Origin: Alphaproteobacteria bacterium
GTDB taxonomy: Bacteria > Pseudomonadota > Alphaproteobacteria > Rs-D84
Direction: 5' to 3'
DNA length: 64,000 bases
NCBI GenBank assembly: GCA_017546265.1
Contig: JAFYXG010000007.1
Span: forward strand, 3,211-67,210
A model generated the notes under the pieces. That model saw nothing but the letters and a program-made list of their open reading frames with translations, was not told the origin of the DNA and did not search any database. The position numbers and the translations under genes were made by a program. This document shows, piece by piece, positions 1 through 8,432 of the stretch; positions within the stretch are counted from its first letter, which is position 1, and the number at the start of each line of letters is the position of its first letter.

Positions 1-768
1 CAACAAGAACATAATCTGCGAACCTGCAAACGGCACCCCAAACACCAACATTCCCACCACAACAATTGCAACCATAACAACAAAAGACACCGCTATATAT
101 GGCAAAACTTTACCTAAAATAATATCGTACTTAGAAATTGGTGCCCCTATTAAATTTTCAATCGTCCCGGTTTCTTTTTCTTTGGTAATAGAAACAGAAA
201 TCAAAATCAGCAATGCTAAAAAGACCAATATCGCCACCATAGACGGCACCATAAAGAACTTTGTATTCATCTGTGGGTTAAACAGCACCCGCACATCAAA
301 GTTGATTGGCCGGCCATATTCTAACCCCTGGGCATTCAGCAACGTCTGTGTGATAATTCCCCGCAAATATGATTCTATACTATGTGCCTTTAATATATTC
401 ACAGAATCAATCAGTATTTGAACCTCGGCATTATCTCGCATTACGCCCCGGGTTAATCCTCCATCGGGTGCAACAATAACCACATCTGCATCTCCATTTT
501 GCACCATTTCCATTGGGTCTTTGTTTTGTGCGTCTATTGGGATAAACAACCCTGTACCAATTGCATGATTATAAATCCGTGTCATCAGCACATCGTTTGG
601 ATTATGCTGCACAGCCAACTTCAGATTATCTGCCTGAAATGTGATTGCCCCGGCCAAGACGACCATCTGCACCACTGGCATTACCAGAATCGCGACCAGC
701 AGAATTGGGCTTCGCAGCAAAGCAATTATTTCTTTTTTAAAAAAACCTTTTATGACTTTTATATTCAT
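1..768 (-). CDS. ABC-2 type transporter permease (YbhR-like), 3' end cut off by window edge
   Basis: Absent from the ORF track because no stop lies in the window. My translation from ATG at 768-766 gives MNIKVIKGFFKKEIIALLRSPILLVAILVMPVVQMVVLAG... and stays open to position 1 (...VVGMLVFGVPFAGSQIMFLL). It resembles the upstream permease (IFGVPFVGS). The ATG overlaps that gene's stop at 765-767 (ATGA). Confidence 0.8.
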   Translation of the reverse strand, partial: MNIKVIKGFFKKEIIALLRSPILLVAILVMPVVQMVVLAGAITFQADNLKLAVQHNPNDVLMTRIYNHAIGTGLFIPIDAQNKDPMEMVQNGDADVVIVAPDGGLTRGVMRDNAEVQILIDSVNILKAHSIESYLRGIITQTLLNAQGLEYGRPINFDVRVLFNPQMNTKFFMVPSMVAILVFLALLILISVSITKEKETGTIENLIGAPISKYDIILGKVLPYIAVSFVVMVAIVVVGMLVFGVPFAGSQIMFLL

Positions 769-1889
769 TCCAACGACCTTTTAAATCGAACAACCCCCAG
801 TATTAAAATAATTACAGCCTGCACAGCCAGCACAACATACAGCCACCAAATATCTATGAACAGGCTTCCTCTCAGAAATTGATCACGTGTAATATCCATA
901 TAGAAACGTGCTGGAAATATTGCTGACACGATTCTGTATCCACGTGTCATATACTCGATTGGGAATACAAATCCGGACAAGACAACGGTTGGCAACAGTC
1001 CAATTATTGCAGCATACTGAATTGCAACCTCTTGCTTTTTTGTTGAAACAGAAATCAGCAATCCGATTGCTAAATATCCCAAAATAAACAACCAAGTTCC
1101 AAATATCAGTTGCCAATAACTACCAACAAAAGGCACTCCAAATATCAATCTTCCTATTACAAAAACCAATAAAAAACCAACAAAACTAAGAATTGCATAT
1201 GGTGCGACCTTACCCACAACAATATCCAGTCTTGTTGCCGGCGTAGATAACAGCATCTCCATCGACCCCCGTTCCCATTCTCGACAGATGGTCAGTGTTG
1301 TCAGCATAATTGCGACCAACGCAATGATAACCGCGGACAGTCCCGGAACTGCGAACCAACGCGAATTTAATTCTGGATTAAACAGATATCTGAACTTATA
1401 GTTTATTCCAACTTCATTTTGCATTATTGGTTCATCCTGTATTTTGAACCATGCGTTTTCATTTACAGTGTTTAAATAGTTTGCCACAGACGACATAGTT
1501 GAACTTTCTGTTCCATCAACCAGTATTTGTACATTTCCGGCCCTGTCGCCGATTGTATCTTTTTCGAATCCCGGCGGCACGACCAATCCTACACGAGCCC
1601 TTCCTGCGACAATTTCATCGAATAACTTATCAGGATTTTCAATTTCATATGCCTTGAAATAATCCGAACTATCGAATGTTTCAACTAATTTCCGTGCCGC
1701 CATAGTCTTATCAGCATCTGCAACCGCCAAATGAATAGACTTTATATTAAATTCAATTGAACTGCCCAGAATCAGGACTATCAACAACGGCAACACCAGT
1801 GCCATCATCAGTGTAAACGGATCACGCCAAATATGTTTAAACTCTTTTGACAAAATCGCACGACATCTGTGCCACGAGAATATTTTCAT
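765..1889 (-). CDS. ABC-2 type transporter permease (YbhS-like)
   Basis: The ORF 765..1958 is a multi-pass membrane protein. The likely start is MKIFSWHRCRAILSKEFKHIWRDPFTL at 1889, which forms an ATGA overlap with the stop of the upstream ATPase (1886). It has the large periplasmic loop and C-terminal TM bundle typical of ABC-2 permeases. Confidence 0.85.
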   Translation of the reverse strand: MKIFSWHRCRAILSKEFKHIWRDPFTLMMALVLPLLIVLILGSSIEFNIKSIHLAVADADKTMAARKLVETFDSSDYFKAYEIENPDKLFDEIVAGRARVGLVVPPGFEKDTIGDRAGNVQILVDGTESSTMSSVANYLNTVNENAWFKIQDEPIMQNEVGINYKFRYLFNPELNSRWFAVPGLSAVIIALVAIMLTTLTICREWERGSMEMLLSTPATRLDIVVGKVAPYAILSFVGFLLVFVIGRLIFGVPFVGSYWQLIFGTWLFILGYLAIGLLISVSTKKQEVAIQYAAIIGLLPTVVLSGFVFPIEYMTRGYRIVSAIFPARFYMDITRDQFLRGSLFIDIWWLYVVLAVQAVIILILGVVRFKRSLE

Positions 1890-2797
1890 CTGTTTTTTCC
1901 TTCGACCAGTCGAACAAACACATCTTCCAAAGACGGTGTTATTTGTACAATATCCCAATCTCGTCTCAATCTACGCAGTTGTCTTGCAACATCTACCCCA
2001 TCACGAAATTTCAAATGATATGTCATGCCATAAGGCTGCCAAACATCGACCACATCTGGAATTGGCCACATCGGATTCAAGACTTTGGGCCGCAATCGAA
2101 ACATCGTGTCCCCAAACGTTTTACGTTTCAGTTCATATGGGCTATCAATTGCGACAATTTCCCCGGCCCGCATCAGTGCAATTCTGTGACAATTTTCTGC
2201 CTCGTCCATATAGTGCGTTGTTACAAACACTGTTTTTCCATCACGGGCCAATTCTTGTATTAACTGCCAGAATCTGTACCGTGCCCGTGGCGAAACCCCG
2301 GCGGTTGGTTCATCCAGGAATATGATTTTCGGGTCATGTAACAACGCAGCACACAAAGCCACCTGCTGCTTGATACCACTGGGCAGATTTTTAACCAACG
2401 TACGCAAATCACTGTCAAAACCAATAAAGTCCATCAGTTTTTGTCGCCGTAACAGATATATATCTTCATCTAACTGATGCAACGCGGCCACAAAGTCAAA
2501 ATTTTCACGTACAGACAAATCGTCATACAACGTAAATCGTTGAGACATATATCCAACTTTTTTCTTAATTTGATTTTCTCGTCCTGGCACAAACCTGACA
2601 TTATCTACGATTACAGTCCCACTACTTGCGGGCAACAATCCACACAGCACACGAATAGTTGTTGTTTTTCCTGCACCATTTGCCCCCAAAAAGCCAAAAA
2701 TTTCACCAGACGCAACATCAAAAGAAACATTTCGCACCGCCACAAAGTCGCCAAATCGCACAGACATATTTTTCACATCAACAATTATATTTTTCAT
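1886..2797 (-). CDS. ABC transporter ATP-binding protein
   Basis: Walker A GANGAGKTT, an LSGG-like signature LPSGIKQQVAL and Walker B IIFLDEPT. It overlaps its neighbours by 4 nt on both sides. Confidence 0.9.
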   Translation of the reverse strand: MKNIIVDVKNMSVRFGDFVAVRNVSFDVASGEIFGFLGANGAGKTTTIRVLCGLLPASSGTVIVDNVRFVPGRENQIKKKVGYMSQRFTLYDDLSVRENFDFVAALHQLDEDIYLLRRQKLMDFIGFDSDLRTLVKNLPSGIKQQVALCAALLHDPKIIFLDEPTAGVSPRARYRFWQLIQELARDGKTVFVTTHYMDEAENCHRIALMRAGEIVAIDSPYELKRKTFGDTMFRLRPKVLNPMWPIPDVVDVWQPYGMTYHLKFRDGVDVARQLRRLRRDWDIVQITPSLEDVFVRLVEGKNR

Positions 2798-3519
2798 TTC
2801 TGTTTCCTTTTCAAAAACAGTTCATCAAAATTTTTACTGTTATATTTATTCAACAGTATATCTGGTGTTCCCGTTGCCAAAACCCGTCCATATTCCATCA
2901 GTACCACAGAACTGCACCGTTCTGCTTCGTCCATATATGCAGTTGACATCAGCACCAAAATTCCCTGATTTTTTGCATTGTTTAACAGCTCCCAGAATTC
3001 ACGGCGACTAATTGGATCAACTCCATTTGTTGGTTCATCTAACAGCATAATTTTGGGCGACCGCAGCAAAGCACAAATCAACCCCAGTTTTTTATACATT
3101 CCCCCAGACAGTTTTCCCGCTGGTCGGTCCAGAAATTTATCCAATCGTGCCAAATGCACCAGTTCTTCTTTTTTTTGTTTAAAATGCGAATCGCTGATAC
3201 CGTACAATCTTCTAAAGAAATCCAAATGTTCATCAACCGACAAATCCGCATACAAACTTTGACTTTGCGGCATATATGCAATTTGTTCCTGGATTTTATC
3301 AAACGCGATACCACGTCCATTTTCGCGATACATAACCGCCCCCGAATTGGCCCTCATTAAATCCAGCATTATTCTAAACAAAGTCGTTTTACCTGCACCT
3401 GCGGGTCCAATCACACCATACAGATTTCCATTTTGGAATCGCAAAGACACACCATTTAATGCGATAACATCTCGGAATCGCTTAAATACCCTATCAACAT
3501 GAATTTCAATATCACTCAT
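2794..3519 (-). CDS. ABC transporter ATP-binding protein (second, separate ATPase of the same operon)
   Basis: Walker A GPAGAGKTT, signature LSGGMYKKLGL and Walker B MLLDEPTNG. Confidence 0.9.
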   Translation of the reverse strand: MSDIEIHVDRVFKRFRDVIALNGVSLRFQNGNLYGVIGPAGAGKTTLFRIMLDLMRANSGAVMYRENGRGIAFDKIQEQIAYMPQSQSLYADLSVDEHLDFFRRLYGISDSHFKQKKEELVHLARLDKFLDRPAGKLSGGMYKKLGLICALLRSPKIMLLDEPTNGVDPISRREFWELLNNAKNQGILVLMSTAYMDEAERCSSVVLMEYGRVLATGTPDILLNKYNSKNFDELFLKRKQK

Positions 3520-4264
3520 TTTGCATCAACGTACTTTCGATTGTCATACCCGCTTTCAGCATCAACTGTGGATTTTCAAATTGAACTTTGACTCCAAAGA
3601 CCAACCTGCTTCTTTCATCACGTGTTTGAACATTTTTTGGGGTAAACTCTGCCACTTCATTTATTTTGATAATATGTCCAACGAATTGCTTGTTGTTGGC
3701 CTGGGGCAGTATACCAACAACCCTTTGCCCCACAGACAATCTGTGCAAAATATCATACGGCACATAAAAATATGCCCAAATATCATATGGGTTTGCAATA
3801 GACATTAACACAGTTCCTGGTGCAACAATCTCGCCAATTTCACGAAACTTGGTAATAACCATACCATCTATAGGACTTTTAACCATACACCAATCCAACC
3901 GCAAATCATTATCCTGTTTACTGCGTGTAATTGCATCATATTCAGCCACAGACGCATGTCCACGTGCCATCAGTTGTTTTATACGTTCAAATTCATTATC
4001 CAACTGTCGTGCATTTATTTTATACGCATCACAGGACATCTGCATCAAGGGCTGTCCCATTTGCACAATATCACCTTCAGTGACAAAAACATCTGCGACA
4101 TCAGATGCTACACGCGATGTAATAATAATTTTGGTTGTTTCCAATGTTCCTGCATAAAAATACGGTCTTTTTCCAATAAAATAATTGGCCAAGAAATATC
4201 CACCAATCATGGCAATCATGGCCAAGAAACCCCAGAAAATAATTTTTTTTCGTTTTTGAATCAT
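3512..4264 (-). CDS. HlyD-family periplasmic adaptor (YbhG-like)
   Basis: N-terminal TM anchor (IIFWGFLAMIAMIGGYFLA), lipoyl/beta-barrel-like segments and a short coiled region. It sits directly upstream of the ABC genes. Confidence 0.8.
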   Translation of the reverse strand: MIQKRKKIIFWGFLAMIAMIGGYFLANYFIGKRPYFYAGTLETTKIIITSRVASDVADVFVTEGDIVQMGQPLMQMSCDAYKINARQLDNEFERIKQLMARGHASVAEYDAITRSKQDNDLRLDWCMVKSPIDGMVITKFREIGEIVAPGTVLMSIANPYDIWAYFYVPYDILHRLSVGQRVVGILPQANNKQFVGHIIKINEVAEFTPKNVQTRDERSRLVFGVKVQFENPQLMLKAGMTIESTLMQNE

Positions 4265-4312
4265 AAAATGATTATGTCAAAAACATGCTCAGATTTCGCC
4301 TGGTATGAATTC

Positions 4313-4723
4313 TTATTCTCGTCCCAACACCCGATTCGCTTGTTCAATCAATTTAATTAAATCATCTACTTTTTTCTGTCCCATAACAGATGCTAATTGT
4401 TGCTGCAACGCCTGAATATTATTATTAATCTGTTGCATGGTTTTTCTTCCCAATTTTGTTGGCATCACACAAACACTGCGTCCATCATCTGGGGACGGCA
4501 CACGCACAACTACCCCATCTGCCACCATACGTGTTATAACGGCACTTATCATTGCCCGCGAAACATTCAGTTGCAAAGCCAACTGTGCGGGCGTATGCAT
4601 TCCCGGCACATTACACAGTTGTGCCAGCACCCGCACATCACTGAAACAAATCGCCAGATTATCCACTGTATTCATACACGCACGACAAAACTGCAGAATT
4701 GCAAAAAGATTCATATTTTCCAT
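4313..4723 (-). CDS. MarR-family transcriptional regulator
   Basis: Winged-HTH region ...TPAQLALQLNVSRAMISAVITRMVADGVVVRVPSPDDGRSVCVMPTKLGRK. The track ORF begins at 4750 with TTG. ATG at 4723 (MENMNLF...) is more likely. Confidence 0.8.
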   Translation of the reverse strand: MENMNLFAILQFCRACMNTVDNLAICFSDVRVLAQLCNVPGMHTPAQLALQLNVSRAMISAVITRMVADGVVVRVPSPDDGRSVCVMPTKLGRKTMQQINNNIQALQQQLASVMGQKKVDDLIKLIEQANRVLGRE

Positions 4724-4743
4724 AACACATCCAGTATTATTAG

Positions 4744-4757
4744 TTAACAACGGTTAA
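4744..4757. promoter_or_regulatory. Perfect palindrome TTAAC-AACG-GTTAA upstream of marR; candidate operator
   Basis: Read directly at 4744-4757. Further GTTAA/TTAA copies follow up to about 4782. MarR regulators commonly bind palindromes in their own promoters. Confidence 0.3.
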
Positions 4758-5021
4758 TTATTTTAGTTAATATCACTTAATCAAGTCAACAAAAATTTGC
4801 CAAGTGCCAAACGCAGGCAAATTGTCAAGAATGCCCCGCAGGTTTGACACTTTCTGTGCAAAACCGAGGGAATCCGAGTATATGAGAACAAGCCCCGCGT
4901 AGTTCGAATAAATACCGAGGATACACGCAGATTTATCGCACCTGGCGATAAATCGAGTGAAACGTTCGAACATGGGTGAATTTTAATTTACCGTTCGAAT
5001 CCGCACATCCCGAACAGAAAC

Positions 5022-5044
5022 AAAAAAACACCACAAAAGTGGTG
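5022..5044 (-). terminator. Rho-independent terminator downstream of tRNA-Pro(TGG)
   Basis: Hairpin CACCAC-AAAA-GTGGTG at 5029-5044. On the minus strand it is followed by a T7 run (A-run 5022-5028 on plus). Confidence 0.7.
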
Positions 5045-5056
5045 GTTTGAATTTCG

Positions 5057-5133
5057 TGGTCGGGGCGAAAGGATTCGAACCTTCGACATCTTGGTCCCAA
5101 ACCAAGCACTCTACCAGACTGAGCTACACCCCG
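5057..5133 (-). tRNA. tRNA-Pro (anticodon TGG)
   Basis: Reverse complement CGGGGTGTAGCTCAGTCTGGTAGAGTGCTTGGTTTGGGACCAAGATGTCGAAGGTTCGAATCCTTTCGCCCCGACCA. It folds into a cloverleaf by hand with anticodon loop TTTGGGA and an encoded CCA. Confidence 0.95.
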
Positions 5134-5229
5134 AAACGAAACATATTATAACAGTCTTTTTTTAAAATGCAAATTTTTATTTAAATTTTTTTCTTGTCTG
5201 AATTTGCAAAGTTTTCTATTATATGTGTA

Positions 5230-6225
5230 ATGAGAAAAAGAATCCTGTATTTTGTTATATTTTCCGCATTATTTCCCTGTGCGATGGCGGCCACACGTGA
5301 TGCTCGTCTGACGAATACAACTGGGTATAACTATAACTACATGTATCCATACATGAACAATTCGATGCGAACTAATCTGAATCCCGGGGTTACAAATGGC
5401 CAGTCATCAAATCTGATTGACACGGTGGTCAAAACAGAAAAATTACCATCTACCACACAACGCCGCGTTGTATCACGTACAAACACATCACGCAGTGCAC
5501 GTTCTGCAACCATGGCCCCAAAACAAACCAGCACCAATCAGTCGCAACGCAGGGTGGTCGCCCGCACCAACACGGTTCGCAGTGCCACCACAGCCGGTAC
5601 CGCACGCCGCGGCAATGGTGACCGCGGCTACAATGTTCAAACGGTAATAAACAATTCTGGCGGCGACCGCAGCAATCCAACCTATTCCACCCGCAGTGCA
5701 GCCACAAATTTGGTCAGCACACAGACATCCGAACGCATATCATCTGTACGTTGTATGACGGACTACACAGAATGCATGGACGATTACTGCAAACGTGAAA
5801 ACACAAAGTACAATCGCTGTTATTGCAGTTCTAAACTGTCCCAAATTGACGCAACATATCAACCTGCGATTGAAAATTTGATTACGCAAATACTGACATT
5901 ACAGTCTGAAAACAATTGGTCAGATTCCGAAATGGACGAATACTGGATGTCAACTGTGGGCAAATACAGCGGCGAAAATTCATGGACAAACCTGGATTCT
6001 GCATTGGACATAGATTGGTCATCTATGGAAAGTCGCGTCCGCGGCCAGAACGCATTTAATACAGGGCACGAATACTGTGTACAACATTTACGCGGCTGTT
6101 TTTATATGGCATCGAACATGCGTGACGCATACCGTTCTGAAATCGCACGCGATTGCAGCACATACGAATCATCCTTATCGCGGATTAAAAATGCCGCAGA
6201 AAGTATAATAAAGGCAAACAAATGA
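5230..6225 (+). CDS. Secreted Cys-motif protein, small paralog of the 20927..23980 protein
   Basis: Signal peptide MRKRILYFVIFSALFPCAMA, then a Y/N-rich and basic S/T/R-rich region with the duplicated 14-mer QRRVV[SA]RTNT[SV]RSA. The Cys motif CMTDYTECMDDYCKRENTKYNRCYCSS lies at 5752-5832. The start is set at 5230 rather than the track's 5194 (non-ATG). Confidence 0.7.
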   Translation: MRKRILYFVIFSALFPCAMAATRDARLTNTTGYNYNYMYPYMNNSMRTNLNPGVTNGQSSNLIDTVVKTEKLPSTTQRRVVSRTNTSRSARSATMAPKQTSTNQSQRRVVARTNTVRSATTAGTARRGNGDRGYNVQTVINNSGGDRSNPTYSTRSAATNLVSTQTSERISSVRCMTDYTECMDDYCKRENTKYNRCYCSSKLSQIDATYQPAIENLITQILTLQSENNWSDSEMDEYWMSTVGKYSGENSWTNLDSALDIDWSSMESRVRGQNAFNTGHEYCVQHLRGCFYMASNMRDAYRSEIARDCSTYESSLSRIKNAAESIIKANK

Positions 6226-7058
6226 CAAAGTTTCTGGGAATAGAATACGGCCGTGGCTGTCTGCACACGGCGATTGCTGATGGCCCTGCGTTGGCCCCAC
6301 GTGCTGTGCAAAAAATGTTTCCGAACCACGATTGGTCATTTATAACCGCCGCCCCATTTGATGCGGTCGCATGCAGTTCTGACCGTTTTGGTGAAAACTT
6401 TCAAATTCAGCAGCAAATTTATGCAAACACTCCCACCGAACGTCATATTATGATTGGGGGCGACCATTCTGTAAACTTTGGTCATTTTGCGGCATTACGT
6501 GACCAAATACCATCTTTGGAATTATGCCTGATTTATATTGACGCACACCTGGACATACACACCCCCGAAACAGCAGTATCTCAGGCATCTGGTGCACCAC
6601 ACGGTACAAATGTACGTGCCCTGATGGGTAATGGCGACAAACGCTGGCTTGGGCTGCAGAAAAATTTTCCTGCCTTACGGCCAGAAAACGTATTCTATCT
6701 AGGCACCCGTTCATACGAACCTGCAGAAATAGAATTTGCACAATCCAACGATATATTTATTCGCCATGCAGACCAACTAAAATCAGAATCCGATTGGATT
6801 GCTGCTGCCGCTGAAATTCGCAATCGCATTGGCAACCGTCCATTTGTTGTATCTTTGGACTTTGATGCAATTGACCCATCAGAGTTTCACGATGTGTTAG
6901 TTCCTGCTGAAAATGGCCTTTGCACAAATGCAGTAAAATACTTTATCCGCGAATTTCACGATGCATACAGTTTTGAATTTGTCGAATATGCCCCCACTGG
7001 GGATATCGCCAGTCAGAAAATCGTTCGCGACATAATTGAACTGGTCACCAGAAACTAA
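6222..7058 (+). CDS. Arginase/agmatinase/formiminoglutamase-family ureohydrolase
   Basis: The family metal-binding motifs are present: GGDHSV, IDAHLDIHTP, SGAPHGT and SLDFDAIDP. The N-terminus ADGPALAPRAV resembles the family RPGxxxGPxAIR segment. The ATG overlaps the stop of the upstream gene (ATGA at 6222-6225). Confidence 0.8.
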   Translation: MTKFLGIEYGRGCLHTAIADGPALAPRAVQKMFPNHDWSFITAAPFDAVACSSDRFGENFQIQQQIYANTPTERHIMIGGDHSVNFGHFAALRDQIPSLELCLIYIDAHLDIHTPETAVSQASGAPHGTNVRALMGNGDKRWLGLQKNFPALRPENVFYLGTRSYEPAEIEFAQSNDIFIRHADQLKSESDWIAAAAEIRNRIGNRPFVVSLDFDAIDPSEFHDVLVPAENGLCTNAVKYFIREFHDAYSFEFVEYAPTGDIASQKIVRDIIELVTRN

Positions 7059-8023
7059 TACTGATTCAAATTATTAATAAAGTACACTACCTTGCCGTCT
7101 AGATGTGCCCACGCAACCTGCTTTGCGTACTTAATTGCCGCCTGCATTTCTTTTTGCGCCAGGGAATTTTTTGCCTGTTCCAGTGATTTTTGAACTGCAA
7201 ATTTATCCATATTCATAATCTGCCGCACCAATTTACGTGCTGGATACGACAATGTTCCATACGATGTCCGGCTGGTTTCGCCCCAGTCAATTCTGCGTCC
7301 ACCTCGTCTGTTTCTGGATTCATCTTCTGCATCACGTGCGGCAAAGATTGTGTATTGATTTTTTCGTTGACTAACACCATCATCTTTATCCCCTGCCCAC
7401 TTTGACAGCATATACGGTTCATATTTCAGTGATGCCATATACATTGGAACATTATCTTTTGGTTCTGCCTGATTTGCAGCCAGTGCAGTTGCCGCCTCGA
7501 ACCATGGGCCATGTGCATAGTCCGCCCGCACATAAATATTGTCATAATATAATTTCAATGCATAGTGTGCATTTATTTCTGGAAACGACAGTTTACACAC
7601 GAACCCGCACAGTCCCGACCATGGATTTACCCCATAAACATTAACTCCACGCGACACCAGTACACATTTTGTTCCGAACAGTTTTTCAATCTTATCCATA
7701 GACCAAATCTTATCCTGGTCTGCATCACGCAGTTCTTGGATATTTTCCAGTGCAAAATCTTCTATTATCTCGCGGAATTGTTGTGTTGCATATGCAATAT
7801 CCCCACCAGGTGCAATTACCCTCAGTTCAGGCGGCAACTGTCCCAAATACGGCGACACATCGCAATTATACACAATGCGTTTTAATTCATTTGGATTTCT
7901 CCGCCAATTGCGTTTCAAATACCCCGTCAGTCCCACATGCTTAAACCGCGGTGCATTTAAGTTGCTTTCATCCAAGATTACTGTGTCTTTCACCATACAC
8001 TTAATATAGTACAAATTTACCAC
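7055..8023 (-). CDS. Hypothetical protein, possible atypical kinase-like fold
   Basis: A 322 aa ORF (GTG at 8023; alternative ATG at 7996, MVKDTVIL). I recognise no family. Suggestive strings are HYALKLYY, HGPWFEAATALAA and ARDAEDESRNRRGGRRIDWGE. Confidence 0.5.
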   Translation of the reverse strand: MVNLYYIKCMVKDTVILDESNLNAPRFKHVGLTGYLKRNWRRNPNELKRIVYNCDVSPYLGQLPPELRVIAPGGDIAYATQQFREIIEDFALENIQELRDADQDKIWSMDKIEKLFGTKCVLVSRGVNVYGVNPWSGLCGFVCKLSFPEINAHYALKLYYDNIYVRADYAHGPWFEAATALAANQAEPKDNVPMYMASLKYEPYMLSKWAGDKDDGVSQRKNQYTIFAARDAEDESRNRRGGRRIDWGETSRTSYGTLSYPARKLVRQIMNMDKFAVQKSLEQAKNSLAQKEMQAAIKYAKQVAWAHLDGKVVYFINNLNQY

Positions 8024-8229
8024 ATGTCAACACCCGCATTTAATTCCTGGCACAGCATATTATGTCGATAAATATTTCGTGCCAATTCATCGCTGATCAG
8101 ATTCCAATCCGATTTTCGTCCATAAATTGGTTGACAGACGATTGGTGCACACACATTATTCTGCGATTGAGTATTTCTGGCACAGGACGTGACGAATATG
8201 ATTGGTATTATGATTATCAGTTTTTTCAT
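8017..8229 (-). CDS. Small putative lipoprotein
   Basis: MKKLIIIIPIIFVTSCARN has a signal peptide and a lipobox-like VTSC. It overlaps the next ORF by 74 nt, and I see no clear SD. Confidence 0.4.
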   Translation of the reverse strand: MKKLIIIIPIIFVTSCARNTQSQNNVCAPIVCQPIYGRKSDWNLISDELARNIYRHNMLCQELNAGVDMW

Positions 8230-8383
8230 TGACATTCTGGGTAATTTTAAAGATTTTCATTTGCTGATTTGCGTTTATATTTGCGATATTTTTGCTACAT
8301 CGCTCCATTGCATATTGTTGACCTGCCCACCAGGCAAACAAAACAACACCGATAAACACAGCAATCAAATTTAATTTATTCAT
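8156..8383 (-). CDS. Small putative membrane protein
   Basis: A 75 aa ORF with one TM segment (LIAVFIGVVLFAWWAG). Its 3' part overlaps the lipoprotein ORF in another frame, and I see no clear SD. Confidence 0.3.
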   Translation of the reverse strand: MNKLNLIAVFIGVVLFAWWAGQQYAMERCSKNIANINANQQMKIFKITQNVNEKTDNHNTNHIRHVLCQKYSIAE

Positions 8384-8404
8384 TTTTTACAATTTCAAAC
8401 AAAA

Positions 8405-8422
8405 TCCCGCCAATCGGCGGGA
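8405..8422 (-). terminator. Stem-loop terminator after rho
   Basis: TCCCGCC-AATC-GGCGGGA. On the minus strand it is followed by ATTTTGTTT. Confidence 0.6.
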
Positions 8423-8432
8423 AATATAATAC

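Noticed and set aside
4773-4973. 66 aa minus-strand ORF as a protein gene
   Set aside because: It has no SD upstream of the ATG and an implausible sequence. It overlaps a hairpin and a degenerate DNA duplication, so it is more likely non-coding.
4773-5020. Possible tmRNA (including the two-piece alphaproteobacterial form), 6S RNA or SRP RNA in the marR/tRNA-Pro gap
   Set aside because: GGATTCGAACGG (minus strand) and TACCGAGGAT/GTTCGAATCC (plus strand) resemble tmRNA strings but lie on opposite strands. The T-arm does not pair (ACCG vs CCGC). There is no CCA end, no plausible tag ORF ending in AA and no room for a coding piece. The SRP GGAAGCAGC motif is absent. I kept the region only as an unexplained non-coding region.
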